Below, in pieces: positions 1 through 22,977 of a stretch of 64,000 nucleotides of DNA. The DNA is from Lingula anatina. Lineage: Eukaryota > Animalia > Brachiopoda. The notes under the pieces are model-generated. The model worked only from the letters and a program-made list of their open reading frames with translations, did not search any database and was not told the origin of the DNA. Within the stretch, counting starts at the first letter, position 1, and every line of letters begins with the position of its first letter. Made by a program: the position numbers and the translations under genes. The stretch is taken from contig CM120640.1 in the NCBI GenBank assembly GCA_051362555.1, forward strand, positions 17,918,001 to 17,982,000. Reading direction: 5' to 3'.

Positions 1-251
1 ATTCCCATTTCCTGTTGTTTAGTACCACTGTAAGTGTCAAAACAATAAAGATTTGGTATTATCCAAATCTGCTTGCTAGTGTTAACTCTTTTGCACTGAT
101 TTGCAAGTCACATAACACACAGAGGCATTCTCTTTGTCTTTTTTGGAAGATTTAGTTCCTTTTTTACCTTCATGCTGGCCATTGATAACTTCTCCTGGGG
201 ACATCCTTGCTTCTCCAAAGGTTAGACGCTCATGAATGGTTGCTGTTGACA
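1..251 (-). CDS. Possible 5' exons of an unidentified gene running off the left edge (divergent from PDHA1)
   Basis: On the - strand an ATG at 251 opens MSTATIHERLTFGEARMSPGEVINGQHE up to a GAAG|gtaaaa donor (~167). An acceptor ttacag| near 28 continues in frame (VVLNNRKWE). No recognisable homology. Confidence 0.3.
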
Positions 252-758
252 TATGACTTATTTAGCTTATTCCATATATTTTTATTCTAAGGATTGAAGA
301 GGCAGTTTAAAATTATCATTTATGTCCCCAAAAGGCATTTTATCAATTAAATTTCCCTTTAAGTTATTCATATGAACTAAAAAATGAGTTAGTTTTTGTT
401 ACTTTTGTGAAAAAAAATATAGTGGTGTAATTGCATTTTGGTCTGCGAACCTGGCAACTGAACAGATCAATGTCAAAAAAAAGTTACAGGTCTTTTCTGG
501 GTTACTTTCAACAGTTATATCATGCTTTGTGTTATTAATGAATTCCAGAGTGCTAATGTTGCGCTTATCTGTTATAAATACAGTAGGCCCTACTGCAGCT
601 CCAGCCGACTTTGTGGTGGATCTGTTTAAAAATTCACTCTTGCTGCCCTGAAAGATCGAAGTGCAGGTCACGTTCACGTGAGAACTCAAACATTAATATT
701 AAGCGTAGGTCTCTTAATCATCATTTTGACGGTAATTAAGTTTCTCTTGTATGTGAAA

Positions 759-924
759 GAGGGTAGGGAGTACCCCCCCCCCCCCTTTAATCACCAATAT
801 ATAATCAGGCCAATCACCAAAAATTCCTGAATCGCGTTTCACGCAGAAAATTGGGGTCAAATAACGCATCACGCTCGAAAAATAAGGCCAATCACGCGGA
901 ACGCAAAAGGTATTCCCTACCCTC
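759..924. mobile_element. Small MITE with GAG-terminated TIRs
   Basis: GAGGGTAGGGAGTACC at 759 is the near-perfect inverse of GGTATTCCCTACCCTC ending at 924. TSD imperfect (gaaa/gtaa). Confidence 0.55.
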
Positions 925-1389
925 GTAAAATTAAAGAGTACTGAACCCGCCCCCTCCCCAATTCCCATTTTTCTTGCATACACGTAAAATAAAAAAGCGG
1001 ACAGGAACAGCAAATATAATCATACCCAGAAATACACGCATACAACAAAAAATGAGGAGCCGACATAAAAGTTGTTTGACAGGGCCAAATAGGATGCACA
1101 CACATACCGCATATAACATAGATACACATTTCGCGCCACGTTTGTATTCGTTTATTCGTCGTTTAGTTTCGTTGCTAAGTGCACATATCAACATGTTATA
1201 AAAGCATTGTAAATATCCATATATTTTTTTTATATTTCTTTGTATCATAGTGACCCTTTGATGATGTAAAAAAATAAAGGCAATTTTTGACAAATAAAAT
1301 TCAAACATCCTACTATCTCTACATTTCCCGGTTGCTCCAGCAGAAAATTAGGTGACCTCCAAGGTTTTCTGATTTTCAAGCAAATAACC

Positions 1390-1754
1390 ATGCTACGGAT
1401 TCTCTCAAATTTGACCAGAAGCGGACACTGTGATAAGCAGGTAATGATGTCATTGTGCTTTTAATTTTCTCTCTGATACATATTTTTTTTCAGACAAAAT
1501 ACAAATGGCGTTTGTCAAACCGCTGCAACTTCGCCTCGGACGGCTTAGGACTGTATATTTAACTTTTTAATTCAATTAATGTTATGTACATTTATTGTGG
1601 TGCCAAGGTCAGTCAAGTCTGTAAAGTTAGCAAGAAACTGACATTGAATTTTTGGATAAAACTCTTAATGGGAACTTCTCAATTTTTATCCCAAATGAAC
1701 CTCTAAATTCCAAATCTGTTCAGTAGAATTTTAACAGCGAGTACAATTATGTGC

Positions 1755-1815
<61 letters not shown>

Positions 1816-4800
1816 CAGTTTGGTGCCTGGTCATTACAACCTATGTTGATGATCTTTCCCTGGGAAAGATACAGCCCAGCTCCCATGTGAGGCACTGAAA
1901 GCTAGCAAGCTTACAATATCGTTCTCAGTCTGGCCAGAGCTCCGTAACTAGAAAGCATCTCAAATAGCAATATCACCTTTTATTTCGAGGCTGTTATATG
2001 GGGCAAGTAAATCCCAAGTTATGGAATAGAGACACTTTCACTAGGTCGCAATTTGCTATGCTTTCAAGTTACAGAGCCCAGGCCCCCGTTTCACAAAAAA
2101 ACTTAAGTCGGTTTCCCTGACTTAGGGCTTGGTTACCAACGTAATTAAGTCGTTACGTCACTAAGTCCCGTTTCACAAAGAATCTAAAAGGTCGCTTACG
2201 TCGTTTTTTTCTTAGCTGTAAGTCGACGATGTCAAGCCTCCTCGGGAGGAGACTTAAGTCGGCAAGCTCAACTAAAACTCGGTAAATGAGAGCATAAACA
2301 ACAAAAATTTGGAAAGAACATACCTCCTTCAAGATATTGTGTTAAAATATCCTTGATAGCACTGACATTTATGGAATATTAAAATAAAAAATAAAATTCC
2401 ACTTTACCCAGCCGATCGCGTGTTTGTTTATGTTTTTGACCGCTAGACGTCCCTCAGTAGTGTTCCACGACAAGCTAATGTTTAACTGTTACTTTGAAGT
2501 TGTATTGAAGTTAAACTTATCAATGAAGTTCAAAAACAAACATTGTTTGTGTTTTGGCTGACTTTTATTGTTGATAAACGATCGTTCTCGGCTGAAAGAG
2601 GCCATGAAACGTCATGTCTTGTGAAACTTTTGCAATTTTACACCTCCTTTTCTTGAAGAGTTTCTCGTGCGCGTCGACTACGGTAAGCACGCCAAGCTAA
2701 GACGTTAGATTCTTTGTGAAACACTCCAAGTCGACTTCAGCTAAGTCGACCTAGCTAGGCCACCCAGCTCGAGTAAGTCGTCTACGGATTTAAGATTCTT
2801 TGTGAAACGGGGGCCAGGAATCCTGCTTCAACCCCTAACTTAAGTGCTGAGTGCCAAGTGGGCAGACAGAAGGTACCATTTGTGAAGGATTGATATGTCC
2901 CTGGACTGGAACGAACCCATGTCCTCCTGCTCTGGAGGTGGACACTTTAACCACAAGGCCATCCAGTTGGTCTTACTGTTCTTGGTACTTTCATTTCTTT
3001 ACTTAAATTGAACACTACTTAGAAGATTGTGGTAAGAGTGTTGCTTTGAGCTTTAATTCATTAGATCAGCAAAGGTCTATCAACTTGCCAGTGAAAAATG
3101 TCAGTGCCTTTGGTTAACTTAAAGGGATAATAACTCTTCGTATGAAATCTGTATTTCACAATAAAAACATTGTGAGTGACTCATAAAAATATAATATATT
3201 CTGTTTTCCCACAAAAACGGCTGTTATAGCTATTATTCTGATATCTGAGCTTGTCTTTAGACCACGTGACCTCCATTGATGGCTATACTCTGTTAAAATC
3301 TCTTAAGAGATTTTAACAAAAAACCAAACTTTTTAGAAAAAAACCAGGGACTAACTTTGAATGTAAAAATGGATTCATTAACCATTGGTAAGTATGGGAA
3401 AATTGTTGTTTACTCCAGGAAAATTCATTTTTTGGCCGAAACAAAGAGTTATTATCACTTTAACTTTATTAGGTAGCCTAACTTGATAAGGTGGATTACA
3501 CAGTGTTAGTTCTTTTTAAATCATCAAATAAGGAATTAATTTCGGTCTTCGGTCATTTGTAAATAAGTGCTCATGCTAAAATTGAACAGAATTGCAATCC
3601 ACATGGGAACAAAAAAAAAGGACTTATCATCTAATACAGACATGGTGAAACTACCTGATCTACTGATCATGGCCACTTGAAATGCCACAGGACCTGCAAG
3701 ATTTTTTATATTACAGGTCCTCTGAACTGGCAAGGTTTAAGTGAAAATGCAATACATAATAATAAGTCACATATAAAAAAAGACTCACAAGTTATGGAAA
3801 TTGGATATTTAGTTTCAAAAAAAGACTTATGGAAATTGAATATTTAGTTCGTACCTGCACAGAATTAGGAGGACCTATAGATTTGTTATAGTGCAGGTCC
3901 TATTGACCTTCAATATTTCCAAATTTTTCTCCATGTCTGCTAATCCAAGCTCAGGGCACGTTTTTTAATCATAGCACCTTCCCTAGTACAAGCTTCTGTC
4001 TGTGCCACTCTTTTTTTATGTATATAATTGTGTTTTCATAAATATTTGCTGCTGTGCTACAAACAGGTAGCCATTTTGGTGGTTAAAGCCCATGCTTGAA
4101 ACTGTGTTATCCTTATATTAAAAATTGTCAAAACCATTTCCTTTCTGTTCCTCTGACATTTGTTGTGATATTTTTTTTTTTGGAAAGTTGAACAGGTAAA
4201 TAGTAATTCTAAATAGTGTTTGCCATATTGCTATTTCAAAACTTTTAAATAAAAGTGTAAGGGCATTTCAGTTCTAATTTTTGTCTGAAATGTGTTTTGT
4301 TACCATTTGTTTCAGGGTTTACTCTGCTTGGTCAGTGTGAGAAATGCATCAACTGTTCCGGAAGCAAGTTTTGAGAGTCAGGTATGTTTTAACCGATATA
4401 TAACACCCCTGGATAGTTAGCATGTGTTGAATTTATATAAAAAGTTAAGGAAAAGCAGAGGCTTCTAAGACAATAAATATTAAGGAAACAATTGTCACCC
4501 TATGCTATAAGGAAACATTTTCTATTGACATGAAAGTCTAAGATGATTCGATTTAGGTTTAGACATTGAAAAATATCTATTTCTTGCCAATTTAACATTG
4601 ATTATTTGGCAGAATAAGAGAAATTTTTATCATTATCTCAGAATACCAAAAAAAAAGTGACAGCAGACTCTGATGGCCCTTAAATCAAATATGTAAAAAG
4701 AGATTAGTTTAAGAATTTTTTCTATATTTCTTCTAAATTTTAACGTTAAAAAATTTTTTTTTCAATAAGTGTTTCTCGTGGTTGTCATTTGGCTACGATA

Positions 4801-7800
4801 AGATATGCACAAAATGACAATTTTCATATATCATTTTAAATTCAAATTTATTTCAATTTGTGATTTACTATTCGTAAAAATTCCATAATGGCAAGGCTAG
4901 ATACTGGTGAATTATTCTCATAATATTGAACTAATGCTTTTTTCCAGCCTTTCAAGCTTCATCTGACAGAGGAAGGTCCCAGTACAACCACTAAATGTTC
5001 ACGCGATGATGCTCTGCTTTACTACAGACAGATGCAAACCATTCGAAGGATGGAGACAGCTGCCGGGAACATGTATAAAGAGAAAGTCATCCGAGGATTT
5101 TGTCACTTATATTCAGGACAGGTATATTATGGGAGCAATCAGTATTTGATCTGTTGTGTTTTTATGTCATTTCTGAAATGTGTATGCCTTTGCAGTTTGT
5201 AGTATATTTTAAAATGAATATTTGAGGTCAGTCTGAAATCTTTCTGAAGTGTACATGTCTACAGTTACAAATATTTTTCATTTCTTTGAACTGATATTGG
5301 TTTAAGAAATTGAGAAGTTTACTTTTCATAAAGTTTTCCTGAGTTCAGTTAAACATATGGACTGAGAGATTATCGAATAATAATTTAAAAAACTAAATAT
5401 TTTTATACTAGGAAGCATGCTGTGTTGGTATGACTGCCTCTATTCTGAAGTCTGATGCTGTGATCACAGCTTATAGAGCTCATGGCTGGACATACATGAA
5501 AGGTGTCTCTGTCACTGGAGTACTGGCTGAACTGACAGGTAATTCCAACATATGTCACATGCACCACATGCAGCCACACCAAACGTAATCGGGTATACAG
5601 CTAACTCTGTAGAATTAATATTTACCTGATCAAGTGAATGGTATACAAGTAACTAACATGGAAAATTAAACCCTGTTTGAACTGGAATGTATCTCCATGA
5701 AAATTCTGGTCCAGTCTACAAGTATTCACCAAGATGAGGAGAAACATTCTATTCTGTTTTATTCAATAACAATTCTTGAGTTTAAAGTTTCCTTTACATC
5801 ATAGAGTAGGCTACAATCTATTTTTCTTTGTCTTTTCGCCTTGGTGTAATAGGGGGTTTATCTTGAGAATTTTTTCCACAAGCTTTTCCTTTTGCTGGCA
5901 TTGCATACAGGGCATCCAGTTGAAAGTTCTCATAATTTTGCTGAATATCTTCAGAAACATATATGTCACAGTCCATCATAACAGCCTCTTTGTTATAGAG
6001 ACTGTCGCTATCACTGCCTTCCTGAAGGTCTTCAGATGTGTAAATGTCACAGTCGGTCATAATAGTTTCTTCATTGTAGAGGCCATTGCTGTCAGTGTGA
6101 ACAGTCCGTGTAATGGTACCATTGTCAAATTCATTTTCTATAGAATCTTGACTATCTATCCCTGATGTCCCATCACCATATAGGTCATTAGCTACCATAT
6201 AGTCAATCTGTGAGTGTGCAGCATTATCACTATTAGTCTTGGGATCTGCAGTATAGTCATTTTCAAATGTGGTGATCTTAGTTGTATCGTTGTGGGCCTC
6301 TTTGAAACAGAGGGTACTGTAAAAATGGATTAAATAATTAATAAGTAATGAATGAAAGAGATATAACAATTGTGAACAAAGACAAATAATTATCTGCTGG
6401 TACTCTTATCATTGTCTGTTTTTGTGACATTTGATCTGAATTTAAAGAGAATATTATTCTATATTGTATGTCACTCACATTACGAATTAAAATGGCAAGA
6501 CAGAGATCTGCAGATAGATATGTCGTTGAGCTTTATATTGAACCAGTGTATAATGGACTGTGTATTGACCTGCACTGATGGCAAATTAGTAGAATATTTT
6601 TTATTACTAGATTGTTTCTTGCTGCAGCTGGGTCTTTTTCAGGCAGTGCTTAAACATTTAATGTAACTGTACTTTGGTATATTTTGCAGATGGGTGAGAC
6701 ATACCTGTGACCGTGTTTCCTCCTGTAGAGAATGAACAGTACTAGTGAAACACACAAAGCAGTAGGAACAACCACTCCCATAGTAGCTCCAATCACTGTA
6801 ACTTTAAAAAGGGAAAAGCTTGATCTCTTGCCTTATGTTAAAAGTAAAGAAATATGATTTAAAGCAAAAGAAAAGGCTATCAAGAATTTTCACTGGGCCA
6901 TATTTATCTTAGTATTTATGAAAATGCAAGTAACTTTGCATGTGTCTTACCTGTCTGGCTGTTGGCACCAGTATTCTTAGCTTCACCTAACATCACCATT
7001 GTTGATGTGTAGTGCACTGGAAGACTGGTGGTCTGATCAGCAGCAGTTGTCCTTGCTGTAGTAGGATCTGTCTCTCTTACTATTTAAAAATAATAATTGA
7101 ATGAAAAAATGACTTGGACTCTAAATAAAATGTTTTCATTTATAGGGGGAACTAAATCAGTAACTATATGTTCTAGATGCATAGATGGGGATTATTTTGG
7201 ACTTTCTCTGAAGTTTCTGGTGTTTTTGGTGTAAACTGACTGATTGCATATTTTCCAAAATACATAGTACAATATCTCCTTACTTCTGTTCACAGACAGT
7301 GACTATATGTCCTCTTACCTCAGTTAGACTGATGACGACATTATCATTACACAAACGGTAACTTGTCCCCTTACTTCTATTCAGTAATATTGATATGCAC
7401 CCATACCTCTGTACACAGACACTGAGGTTTCCCCTCCACACATCTGAGTGTTATCTGCTGCACAAGGTGAAGTACAGTTCCCCCCAGCAGCCCCCAGTAA
7501 GTTGTCATGTCCACAGTAACAATAGTAGTGTCTGACTGCAGCCAGCTCATAGTCTGCAGTTCCATTACAGAACTCAATACATGTGCTGGAATCCATGTCC
7601 TGCATGGTCATGTTGATTGTGTCTCTCAAGTCTGTGGCAGCAAAACAGCCCACATAGCCAGGTATACCTTGGAAATATAGAGATTTTTGGCACCATTTTG
7701 CCCTGGCAGTTACTGTCTTTAACACAATGTAATCATTAACTACATGTGTATGGGTAGAAGTGGTATTACGGATAAAATGCCAAATATTTACCTGGTATTT

Positions 7801-10381
7801 TTTTTTAATGAACATAAATGAACTCTCATTAGACCACCTTAGTTTTAAAATTTATTATTTTCATTGTGAAATACTCATCTTGGGAATGTGGTTGAACATG
7901 TCAAGGTAGTTGTTATTATCACAGACACGTAAAAACAAAAGATGAACTGGGTTGTCCATTTACCTGTACACTGCAGTGTATTGTTCCATGCCACCTCAAA
8001 TTTTCGTTTACTTGGGCTGTCCGTACAAACAGCTGTCTTGGGTCCCAAGACCATATCACCATCATGACACTGAACACTCACTGTATCTCCAAACAGGAAG
8101 GAACCTTGATGTTTGTCTAAGCGAACTACTGTCCCATTTGTCATCAGCCAATCACTGCTGCAGTTCCCAGCTAAAACATTGATAAAACCCTTTGTGTCAT
8201 TATAATCCTGTAGAGGGATATTTTTTTAAACCAATATATGATGCCATAGAGGTTTAGAAAAGGCAATGGGATTTGATACAATTGAGATTTTAATCTGTGG
8301 AATTGATAGCATGATGGTTTCCGGTCATAATTTTATCTGGTAAATGTGTCCATTTAGTCTAACAGTTAGTGCTCTGCTGGAAAGTAGCTTTAAAGTGGAT
8401 TCATAAAGTCATAGTTTTTTTTTTTAATTTAATATTCATATTTTATTCATTAAACAGTTTATTATAAATTATTATTGTTATTGTTATTATAATAGGTGTG
8501 ATAATGACTGAACTTACTAAGATAGACATTCATGCTCCAGTCCCCTCCACATGTTTGTTGCTCATTTCCGGCACACTTTTGATTGCATCGTCTTTGATTA
8601 ATTTTCTTCCCACCTGAATATCTCATCAGGTTGTCATTATTACCACAGAAACATTCATCTTTGTGTTCAACACCACTGTACTTGTATCTTCCTTCTCTGC
8701 AGCGTTTAACACAATATCCAATTGTCATTTTGTTATTTGTGATTTTAACACTTTCCCCTTCTTTCCACACAGCTCTTTTATTATGCCCTTCGTCTAGGTA
8801 GCAACCTAAATGTCCAACTAAACCTCCTGTAGTTAGAAAAATCAAGACTTTTCAGGATAAAATAAAATATTGATTCAATTAATAAGTTATATTATATATT
8901 TACTTTGATTGAATAGATATTATGCTCATTCCATCTGATGAACAAATTTGCATTGTTAGGATCTGTTCTCTGCCTATTCACTGAATTATTGCTTCATGTA
9001 TGAGTAATTAAAACTTTGTACAAAGCAGTACTTGCCATAACAGACAAAATAGAATGGCTAAGAGTGCATTCAGAACAGTGGACTAACAGATCCACATATC
9101 AAATGTGGCCTACCGACTTGAATGCTTGTTGTGTAATCCCCACGGAATCTATACAGTGTAAAATCGAGAATTAAGCGGCAAGCCTTTTATTGCGTCGCCA
9201 TTTTTTATCTATATTTAGTCCGATGTTCTGAATGCGCTCTAAGTATCCTCCAATTTACCAGCATCTGCACAGTGACATGCAAAGACTTGCAGTAGAACAA
9301 GAAGTCCAATCCTTCCCATCTTATTCAACTTTAGCCATTTCAAGTACAAGTGTATTGGCATCATCTGGTCTGGTGTTCTTCACTGTCAACTTATCCCATA
9401 CATTTACAACTTTAAAGCACTTCCTCCTTTACTAGATAGCCAGTGTATGGGTTAGTAAGGCCTTCCACTGTAGTGAAGGGAGATAACAGCTGATATTATG
9501 AGTGGCCAATAATTGAACAACTTCCTGATATCATTACCTATCTAACTAACAAATGATTACACTAACTTATCTGTGCTGTTTTGCACCAATTGGTGCGCCC
9601 TTTTCACCATTTTACATGAGAACTATATAATAAGGTCAAAATCATGAAGCTTGGCTTAAAGTAGTATTGTTTAGTATCACCACTCAATAGAGACTGAGTA
9701 TAGTTTCACGCAAACAACGTTATGCAGGGCTTGACATTAAGGGTGTCCCACTGGCCCTGGGCCACTGATAACCAACCTAAGGCCATTGTATCACTGGGGT
9801 CATTGGCCTAAAGAGCAAGTAAAATGTCATGTGTTAAATCATCCTTGCAATATTTACCGATATCTCGGGCCAGTATCGAAAAAAGTTAGTGTCAAGCCCT
9901 GTATTGCAGAACATTTCATTTTGATATTGATAGAAAGCCTGGTCATTTTTATGTACAGACAAAGATGTGTCTGTACATATAGCCGTCACCTGCGTCTGTC
10001 GTCGCTGTTGCCATGCACTTTCACCAAAAACACGATAAGTTGAAAACCATTTTACCTTTTGGCTTGTTTAAATTTATTGTGTGAAGTTCTACAAACCAGA
10101 TCCCAGCTGTTTAGCAATGAAAATTTATTTGCTCTGTATTTCAGGAAGTTAATTTGATTGTTTTATCTAAAATGTCTTAGACACAACTTGTCTTGGGCGA
10201 TTTTAGTGGTGCATTTGATGATTTAAGTTAAAAATAATGAATTGAAATGTGATAACAGACTGAAACCTCCATCTTGATATTTCAGGTCGTAAGTCTGGCT
10301 GTGCTAAGGGAAAAGGTGGCTCTATGCACATGTATGGAGACAACTTTTATGGTGGCAATGGTATAGTTGGGGCTCAGGTAA

Positions 10382-10429
<48 letters not shown>

Positions 10430-12235
10430 GTAAAATACTTACCTGTTTATTTCAAAGTTCCACTCCTTTGGTTGTAGGACTTATGATATTAGTGACATGA
10501 TCTGCTCACACAAGGCTGCTTCAATCATTAATTGGTCTAAATTTGGTCTTCAGAACACCTCAGCTACAGAGAGAGTCCCTATTGTAGATTCTGAAATGTA
10601 CCTGTCCTAACTGTTTGTCAGAGCTATGTGCAGTGCATGATGGTCCTTGTCTAAATTCAGCTTTGAAGTTAACCATCTATAGGGATATTTCTTAATTAAA
10701 AATTTTAAAAAAGACTGGTTGTAGTTGTTGTCTGGGTGTAGTTTTCCCAACAGAACCATGATCATTTCTGTATCTCCGTGGTTTTGATCATCCTCTATAT
10801 AAAGGTCCCATTGGGAGCAGGGATAGCCTTTGCCCAGAAGTATAATGGCACCAACAATATCACTCTGGCACTGTATGGAGATGGTGCTGCCAATCAGGGG
10901 CAGTTCTTTGAAGCAGTCAATATGGCCAAGCTGTGGGATCTGCCCTGTGTATTTGTATGTGAGAACAACAAGTATGGCATGGGGACATCCGTGTCCAGGG
11001 CTTCTGCCAATACAGACTACTACACTAGGGGACAGTACATACCTGGAATATGGGTAAGTTATGTTTTTTCTTTCTCCAACTTTATATTTCTGTTTTTGTA
11101 TCAGCTTGCCATGAAATACAACAACATAGAAAAAAGATCATGACTTAAAAGGGTTAAGTGCATTTATATTGGTTTTTATCTTATTTTGGGTTGCCAGACT
11201 GCATGTGTATATTTGATTCAAAAGAATGATGTTATATTCCTATATTACCTGGATATCACTTAGGTTGATGGTATGGATGTGTTGGCAGTGAAGGAAGCCA
11301 CACGCTGGGCTGCAGAGTACTGTCGCTCTGGCAAGGGACCTCTGTGTATGGAAGTGGAAACGTACCGCTATTCAGGACACAGTATGAGTGATCCTGGAAC
11401 CAGGTAATCACATGCATTGTGTTTATTGTGACTTCCTTTTTATTTGATAGGGGAGGGGGAGAGCACCCTTTATATTGTAAGATTTGATGGAAAGCATAAA
11501 TGTGCTGCAGCTTCTTTCTAATATGGTTTCATTAAGCATCAGAGATATATTATTATTTAATAGTTTGTATAAATGGTATAATAAGAACATGATTATCCTA
11601 ATTTGACTAAAAAAATCTTTTAAAAATATCAAGCACAATTTGTTGTATTATAGCTACCGCACACGTGAGGAGATTCAAGAAGTGCGCCAGGCAAGAGATC
11701 CTATCACCAAGTTCAGAGAAAAGATTATTGAGGCAAATCTTGTCACCAGTGATGAACTTAAGGTATAGCAGTTTTTTCTTATATATATATGTTATCATTA
11801 TTACTATTATTGTTAAGCGAAATCAATTATTTAATATCTTGGGGGTAAAATTTTGATTCAAAAACTTAATAATATAGAATAGATACAGTTAAAACGTATG
11901 AAAAATTTATTGAAATGTAACTCAATTCATCAGCCCTTTTCAATATCGACGCCACGTTTATAGCAGTCATTTATCGCATGGGGGCAAATAACATTTATGC
12001 TGTCCAGTTGTATTCTCATGGTATGAGCAGAGACATAACAGTCTTCCACACTTTGCAGCAAATTGATGCTGAAGTTCGCAAGGAGGTTGATGCTGCTGTA
12101 CAGATTGCCAAGACTGACTCAGAGCTCCCTGTGGAGGCCATGTATGACGATGTCTACCACCAGGTGCCGCCAGGGTTCAAGATAAGAGGGTGTGACAACC
12201 AGACATGGGTAGAGACACATGTCACACAACACTAG
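1390..12235 (+). CDS. PDHA1: Pyruvate dehydrogenase E1 component subunit alpha, mitochondrial (9 exons, ~394 aa)
   Basis: Exons 1390-1440, 4316-4381, 4948-5121, 5412-5538, 10286-10377, 10805-11053, 11264-11403, 11654-11762 and 12059-12235 join in frame with GT-AG sites. Diagnostic peptides: [22 protein letters not shown], the TPP motif [20 protein letters not shown] and the phosphorylation loop [22 protein letters not shown] near 12585. Confidence 0.97.
1757..1814. repeat. (TA)n microsatellite
   Basis: Perfect TA run. Similar runs at ~10383-10422 and ~43937-43985. Confidence 0.95.
1938..2078. mobile_element. PIF/Harbinger-type MITE
   Basis: 21-bp imperfect TIR (AGCTCCGTAACTAGAAAGCAT / ATGCTTTCAAGTTACAGAGCC) flanked by CAG on both sides. 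Confidence 0.65.
2082..2814. mobile_element. PIF/Harbinger-type non-autonomous element
   Basis: TIR GCCCCCGTTTCACAAA / TTTGTGAAACGGGGGC, 3-bp CAG TSD (2079-2081, 2815-2817), internal repeated CTTAAGTCG and GTTTCACAAAGAATC motifs. Confidence 0.8.
3123..3459. mobile_element. TTAA-TSD MITE (Kolobok-like)
   Basis: TTAA|AGGGATAATAACTCTT ... AAGAGTTATTATCACT|TTAA. Confidence 0.8.
5818..9319 (-). CDS. Nested single-pass type I membrane receptor: signal peptide-WSC-Sushi/CCP-WSC-Thr-rich stalk-TM-Tyr-rich tail (~520 aa)
   Basis: Exons 9319-9259 ([20 protein letters not shown]), 8826-8518 (WSC: [37 protein letters not shown]), 8170-7964 (CCP: [15 protein letters not shown]....C..W....C), 7667-7407 (second WSC), 7079-6951 (Thr-rich), 6801-6705 ([29 protein letters not shown]) and 6316-5818. 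All phases are consistent. AATAAA on the - strand at ~5758-5763. Confidence 0.88.
9725..9901. mobile_element. Short MITE with CAGGGCTTGACA TIRs (hAT-like termini)
   Basis: CAGGGCTTGACATTAA at 9725 versus TTAGTGTCAAGCCCTG ending at 9901. No clear 8-bp TSD. Confidence 0.6.
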
Positions 12236-13724
12236 AGATACTTGACTATAATTTCAGAGTATGTCATTGCTTATCGTAATTAGATGAGAACTGTCAAACT
12301 TACCAGATACTTCTATGGATAAACAGCAAATTGCTGTTAAGTTTCGTGCTGTGCATAATAAACTCTGCTGTATACATATTTCCTCAGCTCAGAAATGACA
12401 TTATTAACCACTTACTCAGCATTCTACTTTTGCTACTGCCTACAACTAAGATCTGAGTTTTATTATTATTTTGATGAGTTGCCTTATATGGCTTATTAAT
12501 ATTACTCAGCTGAGGACATATTCAAAGTGGTGCAGGTTAAACAAAAGCTAACATGGAACACTGTATTAAAAGACTGTGTCTAGAATAAACAAATTATTTA
12601 TTAACATGTTTTCTATTAAAGTGTATATAAACTTGACAGTATGTAATTTGGCAAGATCTTTTTTTGTGTAGCATATTTAAATCTGGCACTGTCCAATGTG
12701 GATTAAAGATGACCACTAAGGTAAGAGAAAATTATTCCCCCATATTTGTAAACGGTCGTTCTGCTGGAGACATTCGTTATGCTCAAAAACTACATTTTTA
12801 ACAGGACAAAATTGTTCAACTGTGACAAAGCTTATCTTGGGAGTAAAACAGTAGCCTTAATCATTCCACAAAATGGGTTGTGATTTTGCCTTAAAAGATT
12901 TCATCAACTTACTTATTCAAAATGTTTCCAAGCAGGTTATACAAATATTTAAAATTGCTATGGTTCCCACATTTTGTAGTCAAAGTACTTCATGAAACAA
13001 ATTTCGTTTTGATACAAATAAATTTGATCTTGGTGTCCATCTAATAAAAACTGTTTTTGCAAGTAAATAGTGCTATACAGACAACACAAAATAATACTTT
13101 TATAGAAAGACATCTCCTTCTTTTATTAGAAATACATTAGTTTTAATCTTTACTTTTATTATACATAATTGAGATAACAGTATGAAGGATCAAGTAACAT
13201 CATGCTTAGTTTTGTCATATTTTGTTTGGATGAAAAATTGGTTATAAAATGGTATTTCATGCAATTAAGTTTTTTAATTCTATAACCAAAAAAAAAAAAA
13301 ACACAGGACATCTATTCTGACACCTCTCTTCAACAAAAAAAGGGCCTCAACTTCAAATTAATGGCACAATTATCAAATCAATCCAGTCTCTCTAAAAAGC
13401 GGTGTACCCCAATTACCTTCACAAATTTCTTAATTTCACATCATGATTGGTATAATTATGAACAGATAATCAAAAATTACATCAATCTTCATGCAATAAC
13501 TTAAGCCATTTCACTGTGAACAGGGAATATGTTACTCAATAACATCAGTGAAGACCTTGTACATGCAAACTAAATATCAAAATGAGAAACTGTATTTCAT
13601 AATCACAAAAATCTTCATGTTTTTGTAAGAGCTTGAATGATGTTGAACTACACCAAGAGTCATTCTCTAATTCAGTATGAAGTAGCCAGAGTATTATCTA
13701 GTGTAATTTGAGTGGAATTTCTCT

Positions 13725-22977
<9,253 letters not shown>

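Larger units (their letters stand above)
1820..2968 (-). mobile_element. tRNA-derived SINE (MetaSINE-like), split by two MITE insertions
   Basis: The - strand head has A box TGGCCTTGTGG and B box GGTTCGTTCC, followed by AAATGGTACCTTCTGTCTGCCCACTTGGCACTCAGCA, which resembles the Meta domain. The body appears to resume left of 1935. Outer boundaries approximate. Confidence 0.65.

Noticed and set aside
399-1308. Short ORFs upstream of PDHA1
   Set aside because: No recognisable domains. They overlap a MITE and promoter-like DNA and several use non-ATG starts.
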